Shown one piece after another: positions 1 through 11,839 of a stretch of 64,000 bases of DNA. Position 1 is the first letter of the stretch. Each line of letters begins with the position of its first letter. Source of the DNA: Candidatus Hydrogenedentota bacterium (GTDB lineage Bacteria > Hydrogenedentota > Hydrogenedentia > Hydrogenedentales > SLHB01); assembly GCA_963745075.1 (NCBI GenBank), contig CAVUWV010000028.1:1-64000 (forward strand). Reading direction: 5' to 3'. The notes under the pieces were generated by a model. The model ran no database searches, was not told the DNA's origin, and saw only the letters and a program-made list of their open reading frames with translations. The position numbers were made by a program, and so were the translations under genes.

Positions 1-156
1 CAGCGACGCCGTCTTCAACCTCTTCGGGAACAGTTCTCGATGCCCTCCGAGGCTATCTACGAATATGTGTGGGCCACCGTGGACGTTTCCAGGCAGCGGC
101 TCTTGCTGTATCTCGACGGCGAAGCGATCGACGAACGTCCATACCCGCTACGCTGA
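1..156 (+). mobile_element. C-terminal end of a putative integrase-core (IS481/ISNCY-like) transposase, cut by the window edge
   Basis: Manual translation gives SDAVFNLFG/EQFSMPSEAIYEYVWATVDVSRQRLLLYLDGEAIDERPYPLR* (TGA 154-156, one indel near 27). This resembles integrase-core transposase C-termini as I recall them and is followed by repeated IS-end-like motifs. Confidence 0.5.
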
Positions 157-341
157 CCGGAAAAGCGTTTTCTGAGGCATGGAAGGTCGATCATCCGATG
201 TTCAGAAAGGAGATGGGGAGCCTGTACGCTCCCCATCCCAACCCATCGTCTGATGAGCCTCACCGGGCTATCCCTCGGCGGGGTGCTCGCCAGCAAGAAC
301 CGCTTCCGTTTCACCCGGCACTGGCAGCTTATCATGCAAAT

Positions 342-387
342 ACTGAACGATGTCCTGGCATATATTTCACTGAACGATGTGGTGGCA
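342..387. repeat. 19-bp direct repeat pair, probable subterminal transposase-binding sites of the IS right end
   Basis: ACTGAACGATGTCCTGGCA (342-360) and ACTGAACGATGTGGTGGCA (369-387), 17/19 identical. Confidence 0.7.
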
Positions 388-395
388 CTTGAGAC

Positions 396-1170
396 TTAGA
401 CACTGGTGTGAAATAGACTTTTGACGCCGAGATTGTTACTTGTCCCCACATGGTAAATGGGATTACGTATTCGCCGTTCGGCCCTGTGTACTTCTCAAAG
501 GAAAGATGACTGGTCAAATATGCTGACGCGGGCTTCGGACGCGCCAACTCCGGTGGCCCGGCGCGTAACTCTGCCAACTCTGTTTATATATATGAACCAA
601 TCTGGATAGCCTTTCCCCGGTCCGGTACTTATCTGCTCTGGCGACAGTGACCTGACGTTGTATGAATGTCTACCATGATTGTTGTAGTCTGAGACTATAA
701 TTGAGTTGTCCGACTCGTCGACAAACTCAACGTATGCAACGTGTCCCACGTCACTATCCCACTGCGCGATTGCACCTGATCTCGAGGTATCTTTGTTGGG
801 CGTGGGAAACCAATGTTCTCGGCGTTATCGTTCCATGCATGTGCCCATCCCCAGCTAGTGCGGTCGTTCATTCCATTGCGGAATGGGGGCAGAGAACTGC
901 AACAATTACAAGGCGGTAGTACCTCGGAGAATCCAGCGTCCATATTGATTTTCCAGGCCACGTATGAAGTACACTCACGGAAGTAAAAACAGAATGGATC
1001 CACGCTATTTGGACTCTGGTTCTGATACTCAACAGGATATTGGTCTGGATAGTCCACGATTAGGTCGTTAGACAGTGCCGATTTGTCTGCGAGAATTAAA
1101 ACTATGGTAAGCACTAGCGCTCTTAGAATTCGATAGTAGTTGCAACCGGAATTTAGACTGCTCTGTACGG
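396..1170 (-). pseudogene. Secreted CHAP-domain amidase/peptidoglycan hydrolase, frameshifted and apparently truncated by the IS end
   Basis: ORF pieces 695-1315, 495-749 and 332-577 give a hydrophobic signal (ILRALVLTIVLILA), FYFRECTSYVAW (catalytic Cys), WGWAHAW, GHVAYVE (His) and VSDYN. Region is visibly AT-richer. Start codon uncertain. Confidence 0.7.
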
Positions 1171-1535
1171 CCCGGCCTTCCTTTCCCTTGATGGTGCTAT
1201 TCAGCACAACTACTTCAAATGACAATCGTTTTTGAGCCCATCTGACACCTAGTGCGTCCTTGGATCTGTTTGATTGTGCCTCACGCGATACCAAGCATTT
1301 GGTTTGCCACCCCACACTTTTTCACCCTCGCAACATGGGATCAATTGACGTTCATAGTCCAGCATCGTCGCGCTCCCGGGGACATGAACTGTATGAAATA
1401 AACATAACTCCATAGCCACACCTTATGGAAACTCGCCCCCCTGCACCCGCGCGGATAGGTGATACGGAAGATCGCTAAAAGAGCTCAAGTGGTAACGGCC
1501 TCATATGTCAAGACATATATCTCCATGTCAACTGT

Positions 1536-1865
1536 TTACCCCGCCCGCGTACGGATGAATCGTCCGCATGCGTGGAAGTAATTCTGCGCACCGTCGAGTA
1601 TGATCGCGCGGGCGACGATGTTGGGTACTTCAACGGCGTAGTCGCCGGAGACTTTGCGGACGGTGGCTTGGCCGCGTTCGACGCGGACGGTGATGAGGAT
1701 GTCGGCGAAATCTTTGACGCCTTCGACTTGGGCGCGCTGGGCCTCGGGGAGGTCCGCGTAGGCGAAGACGGCTTCTTCGGTGAGGCCGTGGAGACGGACG
1801 GCGGTGTCGCGGTCCACAAGCTTCACAGGGACACGGAGGAACGGCTCCTCAAGGGTCTCATGCAT
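1536..1865 (-). CDS. Hypothetical protein (109 aa)
   Basis: MHETLEEPFLRVPVKLVDRD... has host-like codon usage. TTGACA-N17-GACAAT promoter-like motif in the AT-rich stretch around 2085-2115. Confidence 0.55.
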   Translation of the reverse strand: MHETLEEPFLRVPVKLVDRDTAVRLHGLTEEAVFAYADLPEAQRAQVEGVKDFADILITVRVERGQATVRKVSGDYAVEVPNIVARAIILDGAQNYFHACGRFIRTRAG

Positions 1866-2765
1866 CAAGCGATCCCCATGACGATTATCTAACTTGAAGG
1901 GGCGGCCGATTCCTTTTCCACGGACGCGAACCCAGCGCTCGCATCCCCGAAAGACACGGCTCGGTCGCTGCGCGCAGCACAAGAGTGGTTTCCACGGCAA
2001 AACCGAAATTCCCCTTCCCCCGTTGCACCCCAAAGGCGGGTTCTGTACTGTTGATAGACAGATTCCTAAGTAATATGGGTGCTATTGTCAAGAAGTTTAT
2101 TTATTGTGTCAACAGTTAACCTTCAGCGCTGGGGCGAGTCGAGCGTTTGAAGTCGTTCGGACTGTGCTAATTCTCAATTCGTAATTCCCAGTGCAACACC
2201 ACGGCCCATATCTATGAGGAGGACTCTGCCCATGCTTACGCGGACCACGGTGAAGATGGGTCCTCGCCTGCCCCCCGCCTTCGCGACGGTGTCAGGGGAT
2301 GACGGCTCGGGCCGTGGTCGCAGTCCGTGTCCGTCCGTGCAGGTCCGTGTGAATCCCTCCGGTCACCGGCCTTCGGATTCACTACACCCCCCCTTGAATC
2401 GTCAAAAAGCAAAATGGGCGTGCACCCCCCGATTCCGTCAGTCGCCGGACCCCAGCCTCCGGCCTCGTTTTCGTGCAACCCGCTATCCAGCCCATATTTA
2501 CACGGGGGTCGCCTCTCATGGCAGCACCACCGAACACCTTCATCATCCTTGCATATTTCGGGCGCGGCCACCTCGTGATTTCGGCTGAGCGCGGCCGGTG
2601 CATTTCGGTTTAGCGCGGCCGCTTGTTTCGGTTGATTGCGGCCGCCGATTTCGGGCGCGGCCACCTTTGGGGCATTCCTCTCCGATTGCTTTCTGGGTAT
2701 GGTGTGCCGGTTTCCGGCCATGGGGGCTGGAAGTTTCCGGCACAGGGTGCCCAGGAGAATCATGT

Positions 2766-4271
2766 ATGCGAAGAATCAGAGAAGTATTGCGTCAACGATG
2801 GGAATGTGGTTTCAGTGAACGGACGGTGGCCGCCAGCTGCGGTTTGGCGCGCAGCACGGTGGGCAAGTATGTTCAGCGCGCCCGGGAAGCGGGCCTGTCG
2901 TGGCCATTGCCGGCGGACGTTGACGGATGAGGAACTGGAGCGCCGTCTGTTTCCTGCGCCTGTTCGGCGGAGGGCGGGCCGCGTTTCGTTCCGGATTGGG
3001 CGGAGGTGCATCGCCAATTGGCGCGGAAGGGCGTGACGCTGCAGTTGGTGTGGGAGGAGTACAAGCAGGACCATCCCGACGGCTACCGCTACACGCCGTT
3101 CTGCGTCCGCTACCGGGCGCTGGCGGGAGACGCTGGACCTGTCGATGCGCCAGGAGCACCGCGCGGGCGAGAAGCTCTTCGTCGACTACTCCGGCAAGAG
3201 GCTGCCCGTCGACCGGAAGACCGGCGAGGTGATCGAGGTCGAGATCTTCGTCGCCGTGCTCGGCGCCACCAACTACACCTACGCCGAGGCCACCTGGACA
3301 CAGGGCCTGCCGCGACTGGATGAGCCCACGTGCGCGCCTTCGAGTACTTCGGCGGCGTGCGCGGCGCTCGTGTCCGGACCAGCTGCGCTCGGGCGTGTCG
3401 TCGCCGCCTCGCTACGAGCCGCAGCGCAGCGCACCTACGAGGAGCTGGCGGACACTACAACACCGCGGTGCTGCCGGCGCGGCCGGCAAGCCGAAGGACA
3501 AGGCCAAGGTCGAGATCGCCGTGCAGGTCGTGCAGCGCTGGATCCTCGCCTCCCTGCGTAACGAAACCTTCTTCTCGCTCGCGACCTGAACGAGCCGATC
3601 GAAGGAGCTGATCGAACGCAACGCCGTCCGATGAAGCTGGCGGTGCAGCCGCCGCGAGCTCTTCGAGCAGCTGGACGCGCCGGCGCTACGACCGCTGCCG
3701 GCCGAGCGCTTCGTCTACGCGACGTGGAAGAAGGCGAAGGTCAACATCGACTACCACGTCCAGGTCCACAACCATTACTACGCGTTCCCTACCATCTCGC
3801 GCCGAGCGCGTCGAAGTCCGCATCACCGGCAGCACCGTCGAGGTCTTCCATCGCGGTGAGCGCGTGGCGTCGCATCCCCGCGACGACAAGCGGGCCGCCA
3901 CACGACGCAGCGCGAGCACATGCCGAAGAGCCATCAGAAGCACCAGGAGTGGAGTCCGTCGCGGCTGCTCAACTGGGCCGGCAAGATCGGGCCCTCGACG
4001 CGCGCGCTGGTGGACGTGATCCTGCGCAGCCGGCCGCATCCCGGAGATGGGGTATCGGTCCGTGCTGGGGCTGCTGCGGCTCGCGAAGCGCTACGACGAG
4101 GCGCGGCTGGAGGCGGCCTGCGGACGGGCGCTGGCGGCGGGGGCGCGGTCGTACCGGCACGTGGCGTCGATCCTGAAGAACGGCCTGGACCAAACGCCCT
4201 TGGCACCGGAGGGCCAACGGTCCCTCCCCTTGGACCACGCGAACGTGCGTGGCCCGGACTACTACCATTGA
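2766..4271 (+). pseudogene. istA: IS21 transposase IstA, multiple frameshifts
   Basis: Pieces [74 protein letters not shown] in different frames. Confidence 0.9.
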
Positions 4272-4283
4272 AAGGACACGAAG

Positions 4284-5166
4284 ATGCTCAATGAACCCAC
4301 CATGACCAAGCTCAACGAGATGAAGCTCTTCACCATGGCGTCAGGCCTGGACAGAGCAGCAGCAGGCATCGGACCTCGCCAAGGTCAGCTTCGACGAACG
4401 GTTTGGACTGCTCGTCGACGCGGAGTACCTGGCCCGTGAGAACCATCGGCTCGCGCGCCTGCTGCGGGAGGCGAAGCTGAGTCAGCAACGCGTCCGTCGA
4501 GGACGTGGACACGCCACCCGTCGCGGGTTCGACAAGTCGGTGCTGCGGCAGCTCGCCACCTGCAAGTGGGTCCACGACCACCGCAACGTGATCGTCACCG
4601 GCGCGACCGGCGTGGGGAAGACCTACGTGGCGTGCGCCTTGGCGCAGCAGTGCTGCCGCAAGGGTCTGCGCGTGCTGTACCGCCGCGTGCCTCGCCTGCT
4701 CGACGAGCTGGCCCTCGCCCGGGCGGACGGGACGTACCCACGGCTGCTGACCAAGCTGTCGCGCTACGACGTCCTCGTCCTCGACGACTGGGGCCTGGCC
4801 AAGCTCACCGACGCCGCGCGCCACGACATCCTCGAGATGCTCGAGGACCGCTACGACCTGCGCTCGACCATCGTCGCGAGCCAGATGCCGGTGAAGCAGT
4901 GGCACGAGTACATCGAGGACCCCAGCCTCGCCGACGCCCTACTGGATCGCGTGGTCCACAACGCGTACAAGCTCGACCTCAAGGGTGACTCGCTCAGGAA
5001 AAAACGGCAAGAAGACCCAAAGCTAAACGGCCACCGTCGCTACGCTCCGAGGGGGGCCGGTGCGCACGGTTCCTCTCGCTGGCTCGCCCTCTCATCCTAC
5101 CATGTGCGAACACCCTTCCTTCGGACTACCCGGCCGCGCCATAACAAGTGGCCGCGCTCCCCATAA
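4284..5166 (+). CDS. istB: IS21 AAA+ helper ATPase IstB (frameshifts in the 5' part; true stop may be TAA at 5024-5026)
   Basis: [10 protein letters not shown] start with RBS AAGGA; Walker A GATGVGKT; Walker [28 protein letters not shown]. Confidence 0.9.
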
Positions 5167-5412
5167 CAGGTGGCCGCGCCCCGCCGAAATCGGGTGGCCT
5201 ACTCGTGCCGAAATAAGCAATCCTCGCGAAAGCGGGGACCACCCCCGTCGCACCCCCCCTTGTTTCGTCAAAAGTGGAAGGCATGTGCAGCCCCTTCTTA
5301 CCTCCGGACTCCAGGCTCCGGCCTCCCCAGGTTCGTGTGGTAAAATGGCGATCCATTGTTTGTGCCGCGGAGTTGCAAGGCATCCGTGGGAAGAGTCAAC
5401 CTGGTGAGTGTC

Positions 5413-6743
5413 ATGGGTCGTACAGACTACGACGTCAGAGCGGTCGGGGCGCGTTGCGCGGGCGCAACGTTGGCCACGTTGTTGGCGCGGGACGGGGTAT
5501 CCGTTCTGTTGCTCGACAAGGACAAACTGCCCAGCGACCAGGTTCTTTCCACCCATACGATCCACCCCCCGGAATCGATGTCTTGGACGATGTGGGCGTC
5601 GGGGACGCGATGCGGGAGGTTACACCGGCTACGCATCGGATACGTCTGAACAAGGACGGGGCCGCGGTCGATCTCGGGTATGAGGACGGCCGCGCAGACT
5701 ACTGTCCCCGGCGGGAACATTTGGACGGGCTCTTGCAGGACGCGGCGGTGGCGGCGGGTGCGGAACTTCACGATCAAACGCGGGTAACGACGTTGGTGCG
5801 GGACGAGGATCGCGTTGCGGGAGTCCGCGCAGTATCGGATGGTGTCGAGCAGGAATTCCGTGCGGAACTCGTCGTGGGGGCGGATGGCCGGCATTCGACC
5901 GTCGCGAAGCTGGTTGATGCGGACGAGTACCTCGCGTACGACGCGCCGCGGGCCATGTACTGGAATTATTGGGATGCGCCTGCGTTCTGGCATACCGATC
6001 CCGCATATCCGTTCGACATGTATATCGGGCACGTGGGCGATTCTATCCGGACGATCTTTCAGACCGACCATGGACACTTGTTACTGGGGAGCCTCCCTCC
6101 CGTTTCCGAAACAAAACGTTGGCGTGACGACCCCTTGGGAACGCTGAAAGCCGATTTGGCATCGGACTCCGTCGTCGGTCCGCTGGTCGAGAGCGCGGAC
6201 CCGGACGGCAAAGTACGCGGCACAATCAAGGAGCGGTACTTCTTTCGCAACGGGACTGGCCCCGGTTGGGTGCTGGTGGGCGATGCCGGTCACCACAAAG
6301 ATTTCGTACTAGGCGATGGCATTACCGAAGCGCTGCTTCAGGCGCGGTCATTGACGAAGGCCATTCAGGCTGGCACGGATGGTGCGCTGGTCCGTTGGTG
6401 GCGGGAACGCGATGTGGAGGCGTTGCCCCTCTATTTCTTTGCCGAAGACGAAGGCGCACTTGGCGCTCCAGCCGAATTGGAGCGTGTTGTGTTTTCGCAA
6501 GTGGCGAAGCGTGCGGACCTGAAGGAACGCATGGCGAACGTTTTGGAGCGCAAGGTGTCCCCTTACGCTACGTTCCCTATCGGCAATCTGATCCGTTGGA
6601 CCCTGGGCGGCGCACTAACGGGGAAATGGCGGGTCCTTGGCGAGTTCTTTGCGAAGGGGAGGCGCGCTTCCACCGTGAACCGGGAGTGGACCGCCCGTAA
6701 GAAGCTGCTGGCGGAGCTTGATGGCGAATTGGAGCGCCAGTAG
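5413..6743 (+). CDS. NAD(P)/FAD-dependent oxidoreductase (geranylgeranyl reductase/monooxygenase-like), one frameshift near 5570
   Basis: YDVxxVGARCAGATLA N-terminal dinucleotide-binding motif; VVGADGRHS; LVGDAGH. Confidence 0.8.
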
Positions 6744-6798
6744 CGGTGGGAAACGAACTGTATACTGGAAGGCGGGCGCTCTACTCGAATGGCCCGCG

Positions 6799-7801
6799 CT
6801 ACCCTCGCGTAATCTGGGGTTTCAGGACGGCGGTGTCGGTGTCTTGGTAGACGTCGACGAGGCGTTGGAACATGTCTTCGTCGTCGTAGGTGCCGACGAT
6901 GGCGCCACCGGAACCCGCGAATTTGGCGCTGGCGCCGACGGACCGGGCGCGTTCGACGAGGTCGATGTTGTCGTCGGAGAGACGGTAGAGGGAACGGCGC
7001 AGATCGAAGTTCTTGTTGACGATGGGGCCGATTTCGTGCCCGCGATTGGCGAGGAGCAGTTCACGTACTTCCTGGGCGTACGACGCAAACTCGCGCATGG
7101 CGTCGATGACGACGGCGTCGCCGTCGCGCCAGCGTTGGCGGATGTTGTTGTGAAAAACCTCCGAGCCTTCGGCGAGCCGGGTGCGATAGGCGACGTACAA
7201 ATTCGGCAGAGAGCTCGGGATCGATTTCTTCGTATCGCCCGTGGCCGTGTTCCTTCATGTGCGCCTCGTCAAAATCCATGAAGACGCAATTCTCATAGAC
7301 CTGCACGACGCGGTCCTGCAACCCTGCCGAGATCCCGAGTTCTTCGGTTTCAACACTCAATATGACATTGGGCTGAATCTCTTGGGGAATCTCGACTTCG
7401 TAGTGTTCCATGAGACAGCGAAACGTCGCGGTGACAAGGGCGCTGGAACCGGCCATACCGACATGCCGCGGGATGGTGGTGCGATAGCGGATCAGGAAAT
7501 TGCGGTCCGGCAGGGTGATGCCCTGTAAGTCACAGTAATCCGAGAACTTACGGATGGTAGCCTTTACCAGTCGCATGGCGCCGTAATAGCCGTAGGCCCG
7601 CACGTCTTCCACGAGGTCGCGGATCGAACCGTAACTCGACCGATCCCGCATGCTCGGGACGATTTCGACTTCGGGATGTTCGTACAGGCTCACTTTCGCG
7701 GCGAAATTACGGATCGTGAAACTGATCGTCTTGCCGAAATAGCCGTCAGACGGGTTTCCGATCAGGCCGGCTCGCGCGTAAGCGGTTGCCTCACAGGCCA
7801 T
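6799..7801 (-). CDS. GHMP kinase, glucuronokinase-like; one frameshift near 7205
   Basis: [34 protein letters not shown] (GHMP ATP loop); [21 protein letters not shown]. Confidence 0.8.
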
Positions 7802-7882
7802 TGAAGATCTCCTGGTGTTCGTTGTTGCTGGCTGCCAAAGCATAGGCATCGCGGGAGGGAAGGTCAAGGAGGGGAGGGCTGG

Positions 7883-7952
7883 AGGCTGGAGACCGGAGAC
7901 GCGCGGTCAGGAGTTAGGTAAGACTTGTTGCATCGCCTCAGGTCTCCAGCCT
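7883..7952. repeat. Intergenic inverted repeat (16-bp arms)
   Basis: AGGCTGGAGACCGGAG (7883-7898) versus CTCAGGTCTCCAGCCT (7937-7952), 15/16 complementary. Confidence 0.7.
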
Positions 7953-8083
7953 ATTCTTGAACCGGGATTCGTTGAATTGGTACGATACACCTACGAACGG
8001 GAATATTCCTGATCTTCCGGGGGAAGCGAAGTACATGCGCGTTCCGGTGCTCCCCCCGCATAACCATAGATGAAAGAACAGCG

Positions 8084-8707
8084 TTGAGTAAGTCAACCAC
8101 TGATTCTCCCCCACGCTCGCCCGAATTCGAGAAGTTGGTGTTGGAGCACATGGACATGCTGTATGCGGTCGCGTTGCGGCACACCCGCAACACCGCAGAC
8201 GCGTACGATCTGACCCAGAATACCGTTCTCAAAGCCTTACGCTTTCACGATAAGTTCGAAAAAGGAACGTATATCAAGGCGTGGCTCCTTACTATCCTGC
8301 GCAACACCTTCATTAACGAATATCGCCGGAAAGCGCGGCGGCCCACGTTCGTGGAGTTGACGGGCGCCGAACCCGCGGATGATACCTCCCTCGATCCGAA
8401 GCTGAATTACGAGCCGTCGGAACGGACGCCGGGCGAATTGCTGGAATTGCTCGACGACGAGGTTAAGCTGGCAGTGGAATCGTTGCCGGATGATTTCCGG
8501 CAGGCCGTGATCATGGCGGATCTCGAAGATCTTTCGTACAAAGAAATCGCGGAAAAGATGGGGTGCCCGCTGGGCACCGTCATGTCACGCCTCTATCGCG
8601 GACGCAAGCTGCTCCGGGAACGCTTGTACGACTACGCCAAGAACAAGCGACTGGTGCCGGACGAGGGCGAAGAGTCGGGCAACGGAAAGAAGAAGTCCGA
8701 ACACTAA
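8084..8707 (+). CDS. ECF sigma-70 factor (SigH/SigR-like)
   Basis: DAYDLTQNT, GTYIKAWLLTILRNTFINEYR (region 2); LSYKEIAEKMGCPLGTVMSRLYRGR (region 4). Confidence 0.9.
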   Translation: MSKSTTDSPPRSPEFEKLVLEHMDMLYAVALRHTRNTADAYDLTQNTVLKALRFHDKFEKGTYIKAWLLTILRNTFINEYRRKARRPTFVELTGAEPADDTSLDPKLNYEPSERTPGELLELLDDEVKLAVESLPDDFRQAVIMADLEDLSYKEIAEKMGCPLGTVMSRLYRGRKLLRERLYDYAKNKRLVPDEGEESGNGKKKSEH

Positions 8708-8722
8708 CGACGGCGTCTTTCG

Positions 8723-11700
8723 TTAGTGTGCCCGCATGGATTCCTGCAAACGTTCGATCGCCCGGGCAACCGCATCACGACGTTGCTCGATCGGAGCCGG
8801 ATCGATGGTGAACTGGGTCATGGTCGATGTGATAGCGTCGGGCACATCCAACAAGGCGCGGTATTCTGCAAGAGTAGCGTCGACCATCCCGTTTTGTTTC
8901 GCTTTCTCGATCAGGCCTCGAAGAATTGCCAGGTACTCGTAGTCCTCCACCCCATCCCGTAGCATTTCCCAACGTATGCTGTCCACCGGTCCGGCAAGGA
9001 TTGGTTCTTTTGATTGTCCATCGGCCGCGGCTTCGGGCGGATAGATGAACCGGCCATCGCCGTTGCCCCAGGGACGCTTCGTTCCGGCAGGCGTGCTATA
9101 TCCCGAAGTCCAGCCCATGGGATCGGCGTAGGGATTCTGGGGTGCGTCGGGATAGGCGGCGTTGCTGGTCCAGTAGTTGCTCTGCCAGACAAGAATGCCG
9201 TCGATCTTGCGCTGCCAGGTCTGCCACAACCACACGCGCAACTCCGTCGCGGGATGATCGATGAAGAGCGTGCAGTACGGCGCTTTGGGACCCGTGCACA
9301 CGTACCACCAAAACTTGTCGCCATGGGCACGTCGGCTTTCGGCGTCGTCCATGTCAAAGGCGTTGGAGATGGGACACCAGATATTCGGACCTCCGACCAA
9401 GTCCGGCTCGACCTGCTCGGTAAGCATCCGGTTGATGTCCGGCGCGGCTTGTTCAATCTTGCTGAAGCCGTTCATGACGAAGTCGTAGTCTTTTGGCGCG
9501 GGTTCGTCGAACCAATACACATAGGCTTCATCGAGCCACCCTTTTTCGCGGAGATGGTCCTGGACCAATCGGCAGTAATTGGCGAACGCGGCTTTGTATT
9601 CCGGGGTATCTTCTGCGTAACCGAGCAACGAGGGTTCGGTGCGTGAGTGGAAAGTCCCGCCCCCCATGCCGACGATGGGAAGCACGAAGGAATTGAATCC
9701 ATAACCGTCAATGGCGTGCGTCATTGCGGCGTCCCACGTGGTCCAGTCGATCGCGGGTGTGAACGCCTTTTCGAGGTCGCTACTCTTGCCCTGCTTCCAA
9801 TCTTCCACGCCCGGCCACGTCACGACGAAGGGATCGAGTGGTGCTGGATTGTACGGAGCGATGCGGTGGCGACTGAAACTCTGCCAATACCGGTCCAATA
9901 CCTCGTGCTGTTGGGCCGGGTCCGAGAGATTCTGATAGCGATAGACGTTGCCCGGCGAGAACCCGAACGTCGTGGTGCAGGTAGGGCGATCCGGCAGATC
10001 GAAGTCGTAGACTTCCACGCGAAGCGGCACGTCTACCTGATATCCATCGGTGGTGAGATGGATTGCACCGTTATATGCGCCGGGCGCCGCATCGTGCGGC
10101 ACGTTGACCCGGATCCACAAGGGTTGATTCGTGTTCGCATCCACGTCGATGGGCTCCGTAAATGGCGGTAAAGGATCCGGCCACGGCGCCGCGACGCCGG
10201 TACCATCGGTCGGCCGGGTTACGTCGACGTAGCGGACCCGCAGAATATCGATGGCGTCGTCCGGGAGGATTGCGTTGCCGGGACCGTGTAAGTCGTCGGG
10301 CGTTGCGGACAAGCCGTGCAGCGACCTGTTCGGGCGCAGAACGAGTTGCGCGGCATCGGTTTCGTTGCGGGCGGCGCTGAATGAGCGACGGTGGCACCGG
10401 TCGCCTTCGGAAGGGCCGATCCCGACTGACCTTCCATCCCGACGAGGCCCACCATACGCCGACACGATCGGTTGATTGAGGTAGACGCTCGCCGTAGGAC
10501 GCGTTGAAAAGTGCCGCGACATGGATGGAGGCTTCCGCATGAAACGCGCTCGGATCGCCCACCGCAAATGTGATGTCATAGTCACCGCTACCGGTCACAT
10601 CGTAAGGGACTTCGACCGTCGCGGAACCTTCCGGGAGGGATACGCCGGAAGCGAAGGTGCGCGCGTACCCGTTCTTGTCCGTAAGTGTGACGTTTGCGGT
10701 AAGTGGCACTGGGGACTGGGTGCGATTGTCTATACGTGCGACGACCGCATTCGCTTCCGCCGGGCCGTGCGTCCCCAAGACTCTGGACGGTCACATCAAA
10801 CCGCGGATCGGTGGATGGTACGGCGACGAACCGGCTCTCTCCGGACATTGTGACGGGAGCGCCGTCCAGTTCTGCCGTGTAAGTGTATCCATCTACCTGA
10901 AACGAAGCGCCGTTTTCGCCGGTCCCTCGAAGGCGCACGGAAATCTCTTTCGCGGGAAAGACGCTCGCGGGAATGTCGAATTGTTTCGTTGCGACGTCGT
11001 CTACCGTGCCGATTCCGGTCCACTCCTTCGAGTCGCCGCGCACTTCGACAACCAACGTCCCGGCTTCATGATAGTTCACGTTCGCTTCGACGACGCCGCG
11101 AATCTGGTGACGTGCGTCGATGGCGTGGCGATAGACGACTTCGCTTCCGGACCCAAAGGCCCAGCGATAGGTGTTGAAGGAGCAGGTGTGGGAAAGGAGC
11201 GGCCGGGCATAGTTCCCGGCGTCACCGCCGATGGGTCCATGGAATACATAGGTGTTACCGTTGATGGACTCCCCTTCGCCGAGTTCAATGTCGTTCCGGC
11301 GCGCGTGCACAGGTTGCACCGCAATGACGGATACGTCGTCGAAGGCAACGGACCCCTTCATGTGCCACTGTCCGAAGCGGAGCCAGGCGATTCCGGGCGA
11401 AATATTGCTGGGGGTCACGAAGAGGGTCGTGTAGAATTTCCCTTCGATCGGGGGCAATCCCAAGATCGCGATTGCAGAAGACACGGACCCGAAATGGCGG
11501 TGCCTTCTCCGCCCGCCGCGAGCGCCTGCGCGCGGAATCGGACTTGATAAAGAGTCGTCGGTTTCAGGGGCAATGCGTCCGATGCGCCAGTGGTTGGTGT
11601 CGTCGGGGGTGCCGGTTACGGAAATCGCGTGACCCGAGTCATCGGAAAGCCATGCTCCATCGCCACCTGACAACGTCCAGCCGGGACTGGTTGTCGGATC

Positions 11701-11796
11701 CTGGTCGAAAGCGCCGTTCTGAACGGGGAGTGTTTGCCCCCATGCAATGGCGCCGGACATCACGAGGCTCAGAGAGACTGCCAGAATGTTGCTCAT
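8723..11796 (-). CDS. Large secreted DUF4091/GH123-like glycoside hydrolase with N-terminal CBM-like domains; several frameshifts
   Basis: Signal peptide MSNILAVSLSLVMSGAIAWG; AARNETDAAQLV, WPDPL, NQPLWI, YWFDEP, WWYVC, NGDGRFIYP, SIRWEMLRDGVEDYEYL spread over ORFs 10588-11979, 10071-10778 and 8723-10585. Confidence 0.75.
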
Positions 11797-11839
11797 GACT
11801 TCCCCCATTGGTTCGTCTCCGGCTCGGGGCCGAATAAGG

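Larger units (their letters stand above)
2550..5219 (+). mobile_element. IS21-family insertion sequence, full length with both ends
   Basis: Ends TGCATATTTCGG (2550) and CCGAAATAAGCA (5219), i.e. TG...CA inverted repeats. Multiple subterminal TTTCGG..GCGGCC repeats at both ends. 5-bp target duplication ATCCT (2545-2549 and 5220-5224). istA and istB inside. Confidence 0.93.

Noticed and set aside
2550..2665. Repeated TTTCGG...GCGGCC units resembling a mini-CRISPR or iterons
   Set aside because: They are IS21 subterminal repeats, mirrored at 5130-5219. There are no unique spacers and no cas genes.
2766..4271. Programmed frameshifting in istA
   Set aside because: Too many scattered shifts without slippery-site signals. 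Sequencing error or decay is simpler.
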